A DNA stretch of 38,737 bases from Myxococcota bacterium (lineage in GTDB: Bacteria; Myxococcota; XYA12-FULL-58-9; JABJBS01), in assembly GCA_036339465.1 (NCBI GenBank), contig JAYZAY010000072.1:1-38737 (forward strand), written 5' to 3'. Shown here in pieces: positions 18,232 through 25,402 of the stretch. A model generated the notes under the pieces. It was not told where the DNA came from and did not search any database. It was given only the letters and a program-made list of their open reading frames with translations. How positions within the stretch are numbered: the first letter of the stretch is position 1; each line of letters begins with the position of its first letter. A program made the position numbers and the translations under genes.

Positions 18232-18840
18232 ATGGATGAGTTAGAGAGCCGAACCAGAAGGATTGTAGAATCGGCGGTTGAGTTGGCCGAAGAAGGGGGT
18301 TTCGAGGCGGTTCGGATGCGTGATGTGGCCGCTCACGCGGGTGTCGCTCTAGGGACTTTTTACAAACGTTTTAAAAGCAAAGAGGATTTACTGGTGGCGG
18401 CGCTGGAAATTGAGCTGGATAAACTCGCGAAGAAAGTTGCCCAGAAGGAATTCGATGGTGCAACGCGCCTTGAGCGGGTGACAAATTTTTTCGATATGGC
18501 TACCAAAGGACTTACCCGTAAACCTAACTTGGCTCGCGCAATTTTGCGAGCGGTGGCGTCTGGAGATCCTGACTTGACACCAAAGATCGCAAAATTTCAC
18601 GGGGCGATGACCGCATATATTTCACAAGCCTTGCGCGGTGAGCGCTTTTCAGACGAGCCCAGCCAAGACGTGACGAAACTGGAGGCGACGGTTAGCTTTT
18701 TGATGCAACAGGTTTGGTTTGCTGCGCTGGTAGGGTGGAGCAGTGGATTGCATTCTCGGAAAACTGTGGTGGAGCAAATGCGTGTAGCGGCTGAATTACT
18801 TCTACGGGGGATGGCCGAAGCACAACGAGACGATGGTTAG
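18232..18840 (+). CDS. kstR: TetR-family repressor, KstR-like
   Basis: RIVESAVELAEEGGFEAVRMRDVAAHAGVALGTFYKRFKSKEDLLVAAL parallels the recalled KstR HTH (GGYEAVQMRAVA..A.VAVGTLYRYFPSK.HLLVSAL); C-terminal VWFAALVGW parallels KstR VWLSNLLAW; matching operators are present. Confidence 0.8.
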   Translation: MDELESRTRRIVESAVELAEEGGFEAVRMRDVAAHAGVALGTFYKRFKSKEDLLVAALEIELDKLAKKVAQKEFDGATRLERVTNFFDMATKGLTRKPNLARAILRAVASGDPDLTPKIAKFHGAMTAYISQALRGERFSDEPSQDVTKLEATVSFLMQQVWFAALVGWSSGLHSRKTVVEQMRVAAELLLRGMAEAQRDDG

Positions 18841-18871
18841 AATGACTGAAAAAACTGTTTTAGGAGAGTTT

Positions 18872-19861
18872 ATGAAAAAAAGAGAATTTCCTTTCCACCC
18901 ATATCCAATTGGTTGGTTTCAAGTCGCCTATTCAGATGAACTCGAGATTGGTGAAATTCAGCCCTTGTCCTATTTTGGTGAGGAATTTGTGATCTACCGT
19001 GGTGAGGACGGCACGGCTAGGGTATTGGAGGCCTTTTGTCCACATTTGGGGGCGCATGTTGGATATGGTGGGAAGGTGGATGGTTGTGAGATCGTCTGTC
19101 CGTTTCATGCCTGGAAATTTGATGGAACGGGAAAATGTACAGATGTGCCTTATGCTAAGAAAATTCCACCGCGGGCTCGAATGCAACCCAAGCATTGTGT
19201 GGAAAAAAATGGCGTGATCATGGTTTGGAATAATCCTTTGGGAGGGGCTCCCGCATGGACATTACCCGATGTTCCCGAAACGGGCTCCGACGAATGGACA
19301 ACCGATGAGCGGCGTAGGTGGAAGGTTAAGTCGCGAAATCAGGAGATGGCTGAAAATGCAGTGGACACGGCTCATTTTCATTATGTACATGGGGCGAGCA
19401 ATATGCCTGTTGCCAACGCGAATATTGAAGACCACGTTTTGAGAGTGATCTCCACCACGGGCATGAAGACACCGCGGGGTGGTGTGGATGGTCAGGTTGA
19501 GTCCATTTCCTACGGGTTTGGCTTTACAACGGTACGATTTACCGGGATTGTAGAAACCCTCTTGGTTAATTCGGTAACACCGATCGATGATGAGTATGTG
19601 GATGTTCGTTTCTCGTTTCGGGTCAAGAAGGTTGGGGATGCAAATATTACCTCGGGTGTAGGGCAGGCGTTCGTGGCTGAAGTCACACGGCAACTAGAAC
19701 AGGATATCCCAATATGGGAAAATAAGTCTTTTAAGAGCCCGCCTCTTCTTTGCGACGGTGATGGACCTATCGGGATTTTTCGCAAATGGTGTAAACAGTT
19801 TTACCCCGAGAGTGTTTCCCAAGAGGATGCGGCGAAAGTGGTGGTGCTCCAGGCCACCTAG
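18872..19861 (+). CDS. Rieske non-heme iron oxygenase, KshA (3-ketosteroid 9alpha-hydroxylase)/Neverland cholesterol 7-desaturase family
   Basis: CPHLG...CPFHAW Rieske ligands, ENAVDTAHFHYVH plus QDIPIWENK Fe-binding motifs, PLLCDGDGP, FRKWCKQFY. AGGAG precedes ATG 18872; the track start at 18833 is also possible. Confidence 0.85.
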   Translation: MKKREFPFHPYPIGWFQVAYSDELEIGEIQPLSYFGEEFVIYRGEDGTARVLEAFCPHLGAHVGYGGKVDGCEIVCPFHAWKFDGTGKCTDVPYAKKIPPRARMQPKHCVEKNGVIMVWNNPLGGAPAWTLPDVPETGSDEWTTDERRRWKVKSRNQEMAENAVDTAHFHYVHGASNMPVANANIEDHVLRVISTTGMKTPRGGVDGQVESISYGFGFTTVRFTGIVETLLVNSVTPIDDEYVDVRFSFRVKKVGDANITSGVGQAFVAEVTRQLEQDIPIWENKSFKSPPLLCDGDGPIGIFRKWCKQFYPESVSQEDAAKVVVLQAT

Positions 19862-20072
19862 TTGACATACTTGGAGTGTGGGAGGTTATAAACTGAACGG
19901 GTGTGGCCACGAGTCGCTGGTTTAGATAGACTGACCGATTTTTCGCTGCTTGCTCTGACCCTTTCTCTTTGTCTTTCTTGTTTCTTGGTAGAAACAAAAA
20001 TCTGCCCTTAACGGTTGTGTCAGTTCGAAAGCATGTAGCGCGCCCTACGACTAAAGTATCCTCATTTCGATG

Positions 20073-20474
20073 TTAGTTGGGGCTCGCTTCTAATTTATCA
20101 TTTTGCATTGGTTTAGATTTTTCGTCATTTGCGGATCCCTGTTGTTTAACAAGTTTGTAATCGGCCCACAGAAGTTTGGTGGAAAAATACCCGAGGCAAA
20201 ATGTTTGAAACGCCCAGAGGAGGGCCTGATCCGGTCGGCCGAGCTTGCGGGATAAGCGCCATGTGAGGGCCGCTTCGAAGGTATGAATTGGGAGACACGC
20301 TACCAAAAGCCAAAGGAGAATATTTTGGGATGGAAGGGGATGGATGTTGTTGCCATACCATTGGTGGATACTGGGATTGGTGGCTTGAAAGTAGAGTAAT
20401 AAAATGCCGCCAGGCACAAAGATCCACCAACCTATATTTGCAAATTTGAAACGGCCGAGTTGATTTTCTGGCAC
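20073..20474 (-). CDS. Small membrane protein, TMEM254/DUF4499-like
   Basis: GTG start with AGGAGG SD 7 nt upstream; three hydrophobic segments; IHTFEAA and LLWAFQTFCLGYFS resemble the recalled TMEM254 motifs IHVGE.. and LLWFLQTFFFGIAS. Confidence 0.7.
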   Translation of the reverse strand: MPENQLGRFKFANIGWWIFVPGGILLLYFQATNPSIHQWYGNNIHPLPSQNILLWLLVACLPIHTFEAALTWRLSRKLGRPDQALLWAFQTFCLGYFSTKLLWADYKLVKQQGSANDEKSKPMQNDKLEASPN

Positions 20475-20577
20475 GTGGGATCCTCCTGGGTAGAGTCATG
20501 AGAACTTAGGACTCTCTGGATTTTAACAGAAGGTCAGGGCCTTACAATAGCTTGATTGCATTACTTGAACTTTGAAG

Positions 20578-20591
20578 TGAAACATGTTCTA
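20578..20591. promoter_or_regulatory. KstR-type operator TGAAACATGTTCTA
   Basis: Lies between the divergent DUF4499-like gene and echA19; overlaps a -10-like TAGAGT at 20590-20595. Confidence 0.82.
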
Positions 20592-20616
20592 GAGTGGTTC
20601 TATTTTTGGGGGGGCA

Positions 20617-21417
20617 ATGGCAGAACAACCACATCTCTTGGTGGAAAAAGAAGGCCACGTGGTGACACTTACCATGAATAGGCCAGAGGCAAAAAATGCG
20701 TGGACTCTAGAAATGATGGCGAGGCTTTGGGATGCGTGGCAGATGATTGATGGCGATGACGATGTGCGCGTTGCCATCCTCACGGGCGCAGGTGACGCAT
20801 TCTGCGCCGGTGCGGATCTTAAAATGATGCACGGCGACCAATCAAACAATCCTTGGTATGCTAAATTCGAGGAGGACCCCGAACTGCATTGGAAAGCGAT
20901 GCTAAGGCATTATCGACTAAAGAAACCGTTGATTGCCGCAGTTGACGGTATTGCGTTGGGTGGAGGAACAGAAATAGTTCTTACCACCGATATTCGCGTG
21001 GCTTCTGAGTCTTCGATGTTTGGTTTGACGGAGCCGAAATGGGCGTTGTTTCCTCTTGGGGGTTCCACTGTCAGGCTGCCCAGGCAGATACCCTATACCA
21101 TGGCGATGGAAATGTTGCTCACGGGTCGCATGATGAAGGCCGAAGAGGCCAAAGCCATGGGCCTGATAGGCACCGTTGTGAAATCCGGTGAAGTCTTGAC
21201 TCACGCGCGCATGCTTGCCAACAAGATTGCCAACAATGGTCCGCTTGCGGTTCAGGCCATTAAGAAATCTGCGACCGAAGGCCTTTTGAAAAACGAGCTA
21301 GAGGCGCTAAAGGACGAATTGAGTATTGGTTCGAAGATTATATTCGACACCGAGGATGCTAAGGAGGGACCTCAAGCTTTTGCAGAGAAAAGAAAACCGG
21401 AGTTTAAAGGACGATAG
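20617..21417 (+). CDS. echA19: Enoyl-CoA hydratase (crotonase), EchA19-like
   Basis: MNRPEAKNA, FCAGADLK, KPLIAAVDG..GGGTE, FGLTEPKW.LFPLGGSTVRLPRQIPYT, ANNGPLAVQA, DAKEGPQAFAEKR; near-collinear with recalled mycobacterial EchA19. Confidence 0.85.
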   Translation: MAEQPHLLVEKEGHVVTLTMNRPEAKNAWTLEMMARLWDAWQMIDGDDDVRVAILTGAGDAFCAGADLKMMHGDQSNNPWYAKFEEDPELHWKAMLRHYRLKKPLIAAVDGIALGGGTEIVLTTDIRVASESSMFGLTEPKWALFPLGGSTVRLPRQIPYTMAMEMLLTGRMMKAEEAKAMGLIGTVVKSGEVLTHARMLANKIANNGPLAVQAIKKSATEGLLKNELEALKDELSIGSKIIFDTEDAKEGPQAFAEKRKPEFKGR

Positions 21418-21422
21418 TTTTC

Positions 21423-22976
21423 TTATATTTGGCGCTCGCGGCCTTCCCAATAGGGATCCCGCAGCTTTCGCTTCATCAGCTTACCATTGGGGTCGCGTGG
21501 CATTGCCGGGATGAAATCGATGGATTTCGGGCATTTGTATTTTGCCAAGTGGTCTTTGCCAAAGTTGAGTAATTCGTTTTTTAGGGTTTCCTGTTCAATC
21601 GTGGCCTGTGCCAGTTCAATCACCGCTTTGACTTCTTCGCCCCAATCGTCGTGGGGGATTCCGAAAACCGCCACGTCTTGAACCAAGGCATGTTGGATAT
21701 AGGCAGCTTCGATTTCAGCAGGATAAATATTGACCCCTCCGGAGATGATCATGTCGCTTTTGCGGTCGCACAAAAAGAGATAGTTATCTTCATCCACATA
21801 GCCAGCGTCCCCGACTGTGAAGTAGCCGTCTTGGGACCAGGCCTCTGCTGTTTTTTTTGCGTCTCCATGGTAGTTGAAGGTGAGATCACCCATTTTCATA
21901 TACACAGTGCCGATTTCATAGGGGGGCATTTCGGAACCGTCCTCCGCGACGATTCGGATATCGGAAATTGGCCAAGGTTTGCCCACACTTCCTGGTTTCA
22001 GTTGCCAATCTTTTGGGCTGCACAGTGTGCCGCCGCCCTCTGATGCGGCGTAGTATTCGTAGATGCAGTCTCCCCACCATTTGACCATCTGTCGTTTGGT
22101 ATCTGGGGGACACGGCGCGGCACTGTGAATCATGTGGCGATAGGATTTAAGGGAATACGGTGTGCGTTCTTGCTCTTTAAGCTTTAGGAGTCGATGAAAT
22201 TGTGTGGGAACCATATGGGCATGGGTGACCTTGTATTTGTCGCTTAGTTCTAGGAATTTTTTGGAATCCCATTTTTTTAACATCACCACTGTGTGTCCCA
22301 AATGAAGACTGTAGCTGGCAAAGTTTAGAACGGCGGTGTGGTAGAGGGGGGATGCACAGATATGAACTTCATCGGCTTCGGGCTGAATACCGAAGAGCAT
22401 GAGAAACATTCCGAGTTGTTCTGCCGTGGTGTCGGGATCTCGGTTTTTTGTTGGGCGTGAGACACCCTTTGGCTTGCCTGTGGTTCCCGAGGTGTAATTC
22501 ATGGTGCTGCCGGCTTGGCGGTTTTTTGGTAAGTCGGTGGATTTACCTACGAGAAGTGCTTCATAATCCTGTAGCCCCTCGAATGTTTGGGTCGAAAAGC
22601 AGTTGGTGGCTGGGAGGCTGGCCTCTTTGGCAGCCTGAAGGGATTTTTGTGCGTGGGTTGCCGAGGCGATCAACATTTTGGCTTCGCTATCTTTGAGAAT
22701 ATAGCTGATTTCAGGCGCCACGAGGTGATGATTAATGGGGACCAAAAAGATCCCCAATTGGGCAATGGCCAGATAGGTTTCGAGGATGGCGGGCTCGTTT
22801 TCCAACACCACCGCCACCACATCTCCCGCCCGAAGTCCGAGGGCCCGCATGCTGTGGGCAAGCTGATTGGACCGGGCCAAGAGTTGTCCCATGGTCAAAA
22901 ACGTTGCGTCTTCAAAAACGATGGCGGGGTGGTTTGGTCTTCGTTGGGCGCAGTTCCAGAAACCGAAATGGGTCAT
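21423..22976 (-). CDS. Acyl-CoA synthetase (long-chain fatty acid/steroid acid CoA ligase)
   Basis: YTSGTTGKPKGV, SPLYHTA, EYYAASEGG, GDAGY, DRKSDMIISGGVNIYPAEIE, GKLMKR; AAGGAG SD; probably co-transcribed with ksi. Confidence 0.9.
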   Translation of the reverse strand: MTHFGFWNCAQRRPNHPAIVFEDATFLTMGQLLARSNQLAHSMRALGLRAGDVVAVVLENEPAILETYLAIAQLGIFLVPINHHLVAPEISYILKDSEAKMLIASATHAQKSLQAAKEASLPATNCFSTQTFEGLQDYEALLVGKSTDLPKNRQAGSTMNYTSGTTGKPKGVSRPTKNRDPDTTAEQLGMFLMLFGIQPEADEVHICASPLYHTAVLNFASYSLHLGHTVVMLKKWDSKKFLELSDKYKVTHAHMVPTQFHRLLKLKEQERTPYSLKSYRHMIHSAAPCPPDTKRQMVKWWGDCIYEYYAASEGGGTLCSPKDWQLKPGSVGKPWPISDIRIVAEDGSEMPPYEIGTVYMKMGDLTFNYHGDAKKTAEAWSQDGYFTVGDAGYVDEDNYLFLCDRKSDMIISGGVNIYPAEIEAAYIQHALVQDVAVFGIPHDDWGEEVKAVIELAQATIEQETLKNELLNFGKDHLAKYKCPKSIDFIPAMPRDPNGKLMKRKLRDPYWEGRERQI

Positions 22977-23000
22977 TGTGGTAGTCTCCTTTGATCTTTT

Positions 23001-23369
23001 TTAGGATAGAATGGGCTTCACGCAGCGTTGGTCCCAGAATGCTTTCAATTCCACGATTTGGTCTTCGGTGTTAAAGGTGAAGATATCGATGATATCGATT
23101 GCCATGCCGGCCCCGTCGGGGCCACGGGATTCCATGGTGAAATGGCACAGGATTTCGTTTCCGGCTTCCACGAACTTATGTATTTTGGGTTCATAGTTAA
23201 AAGGAAGGTGAACCTGGTTCCAGAAGGATCGGATGGCGTCTTTACCGCGGTGGGGTGGGGTTCCCGCTGGGTCGTTGAGTACAGCTGTCTCAGCAAAGAG
23301 TGACAGCCAGGCCTCCTGGTCGTGGGTTTGCCAGGATGCTAGATATTTTTCGATGACTTCCCGTGACAT
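23001..23369 (-). CDS. ksi: Ketosteroid Delta5-4 isomerase (NTF2/SnoaL fold)
   Basis: 122 aa from ATG 23369 (GAGGGAG SD). Y9 and D33 (NDPAG) have the same 24-residue spacing as Tyr14/Asp38 of Comamonas KSI; IIDIF supplies the Asp99 equivalent. Confidence 0.72.
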   Translation of the reverse strand: MSREVIEKYLASWQTHDQEAWLSLFAETAVLNDPAGTPPHRGKDAIRSFWNQVHLPFNYEPKIHKFVEAGNEILCHFTMESRGPDGAGMAIDIIDIFTFNTEDQIVELKAFWDQRCVKPILS

Positions 23370-23429
23370 CTTACTCCCTCTCAGTGGTGTCGCTTGCTGG
23401 CTAGAGATGCTAAAATACATCTTGAGCTC

Positions 23430-23458
23430 TTGCGAGGCTTTGATTGAAACCATAGAGT
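23430..23458 (+). promoter_or_regulatory. Putative sigma70 promoter for kstD, TTGCGA-N17-TAGAGT
   Basis: -35 at 23430-23435, -10 at 23453-23458; the last base overlaps the operator. Confidence 0.45.
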
Positions 23459-23471
23459 AGAACACGTTTCA
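23458..23471. promoter_or_regulatory. KstR-type operator TAGAACACGTTTCA
   Basis: Lies between divergent ksi and kstD; exact reverse complement of the 30114 site. Confidence 0.85.
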
Positions 23472-23509
23472 ATAGATTATTTGTGTTTAGGATATCTTTG
23501 GGTGGGGCA

Positions 23510-25243
23510 ATGATGACGGCATCCGAGAATGAAACCGTGGACGTCTTGATTGTTGGAAGCGGGGCTGGGGCGATGACCGCGGCAATCAAGGCGTATGATG
23601 CGGGTCTTAAGGTGTTGATGATTGAGAAATCTGACCTCTATGGCGGTAGCTCAGCGATGTCTGGGGGGGCCTTGTGGGTCCCGAATAACCCATTGATGAA
23701 GAAAAAGGGTGTGTCTGATTCTCGGGAGGATTCGCTTCAATATCTGACGACTTTAAGTGGAGGGGATACGGAGGTATCGCGTTTGGAGAGTTACGTGGAC
23801 CATTCCCCTCGTATGGTGAAGTATTTGCTGGAAAATTCACGGTTGCGGCTCGACTCTTTGGAGCGTTACCCGGATTACTATCCCGAGGCAAAAGGTGGCA
23901 AACCTGGCGGTCGCTCTATGGAACCTAAGTCCTTTTGGGCCACGGAGCTCGGAGGTGACTTTGCCCGTCTCAGACCGTCCCACCCACAGGAGTTGATGTT
24001 TGGGAAAATAGGTTTGACCGCGCGTGAATCCCATGTTTTGGTGTGTGGTGGGTGGCGCTCCTACTTTTTGGCTTTCTTTATTATGATGCGCTACATGCTT
24101 AACTTCTCCGCTCGGAAACGCTCGAAACGCGATACTCGGCTTACTCTTGGAAATGCGTTGGTTGGAAGTCTTCGGGCGTCAATGCAAGACCGAGAGATTC
24201 CACTGTGGCTCAATACATCGTTGATTGACCTCTGCGGTGATGATTCTCAAATTGACGGAGCAGTGGTATCGCGAAATGGACGTGAAATTAAGGTGGTTGC
24301 TCGTCGGGGGGTTATTTTGGCGGCCGGGGGATTTGCTCGAAATCTTGAATTGAGAAAAAAATATCAACAGGATCCCATCAGCATTGATTGGACAGCCGCC
24401 AATCCAAAGAATACAGGTGATCTTTATCCCATCTTTGATAAACTTCGGATTCCCCTGAAGTTGATGGAAGAGGCTTGGTGGACGCCGGTTACCTTGGTGC
24501 CCGGTAAGGAATTCTCGTGGCTTTTGGTGGTTGAAAAATCGATGCCCGGCTCGATCTTGGTGAATGCACGTGGCAAGCGTTTTACCAACGAAGCAGCGCC
24601 CTATGTGGATGTGGTCAATGGAATGTATCGTGAGGATGAAACCGGATTGAAATCGGTGCCGGCCTTTCTTATTTTCGATGCGCGATATCGGCGGAATTAT
24701 CCATGCGGACCTTTCGCGCCGGGAAGGGTGCAACCAGATAAAAGTCTGCCCCGGAAATACCGAGAACATTTTTTCAAAAAGGCCACAAGTCTTGATGCTT
24801 TGGCACATATGTTGGGGATTGATCCGGAGGGATTGAAAGAGACCATTCAAAGGTTTAATGGTGATGCGCTTGAGGGCGTGGACCCGGATTATCAGCGTGG
24901 GGAAAGTCTTTACGATAGGTATTATAGCGACCCCCGGATAAGTCCGAATCCATGTTTAGCGCCTATTGTGGAGCCGCCTTACTATGCCATCGAAGTTTTT
25001 CCTGGTGACCTCGGCACCAAGGGGGGGGTGTTGACGGACAGGGCTGGTCGGGTGCTGAATGATGCGCAACAACCCATTGTAGGGCTGTACGCGACGGGAA
25101 ATTGTACCGCCTCTATGATGGGCAAGAGCTATCCCGGTGCGGGTGGTACGATCGGGCCTGCGATGACATTCGGTTTTCTGGCCGCGGAAGATATGGCAGC
25201 TGGGAATGGCCATGGGGCGGAGTCGCAATCAACGGCGGCTTAG
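23510..25243 (+). CDS. kstD: 3-ketosteroid Delta1-dehydrogenase (FAD_binding_2 family)
   Basis: GSGAG, GGSSAMSGGALWVPNN, YPDYYPE, RFTNEAAPY, GDLGTKGG, SYPGAGGTIG carry equivalents of the three catalytic tyrosines and the Gly of KstD. Confidence 0.8.
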   Translation: MMTASENETVDVLIVGSGAGAMTAAIKAYDAGLKVLMIEKSDLYGGSSAMSGGALWVPNNPLMKKKGVSDSREDSLQYLTTLSGGDTEVSRLESYVDHSPRMVKYLLENSRLRLDSLERYPDYYPEAKGGKPGGRSMEPKSFWATELGGDFARLRPSHPQELMFGKIGLTARESHVLVCGGWRSYFLAFFIMMRYMLNFSARKRSKRDTRLTLGNALVGSLRASMQDREIPLWLNTSLIDLCGDDSQIDGAVVSRNGREIKVVARRGVILAAGGFARNLELRKKYQQDPISIDWTAANPKNTGDLYPIFDKLRIPLKLMEEAWWTPVTLVPGKEFSWLLVVEKSMPGSILVNARGKRFTNEAAPYVDVVNGMYREDETGLKSVPAFLIFDARYRRNYPCGPFAPGRVQPDKSLPRKYREHFFKKATSLDALAHMLGIDPEGLKETIQRFNGDALEGVDPDYQRGESLYDRYYSDPRISPNPCLAPIVEPPYYAIEVFPGDLGTKGGVLTDRAGRVLNDAQQPIVGLYATGNCTASMMGKSYPGAGGTIGPAMTFGFLAAEDMAAGNGHGAESQSTAA

Positions 25244-25402
25244 GGCGCCAAGGCGGTGGGGCACGCGTCGCTTGACGAGTGCGTGTGGATTCATTATCAA
25301 CCAAGCTTCAGTCACTTGAGGAATTATTTTGCTCAACAATTTTGACCCGCATTTGGGGCGTTCATCTTTCATGCTTGAACTTTGGTTGGAGCTGAGGCTG
25401 GC

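Noticed and set aside
19862..19892. TTGACA-N19-TATAAA promoter-like sequence after the Rieske gene
   Set aside because: Spacer is too long and no plus-strand gene follows; antisense transcription cannot be shown from sequence.
23370..23465. N-terminal extension of ksi in the track
   Set aside because: Covers the promoter/operator; a good SD and KSI-like length support ATG 23369.
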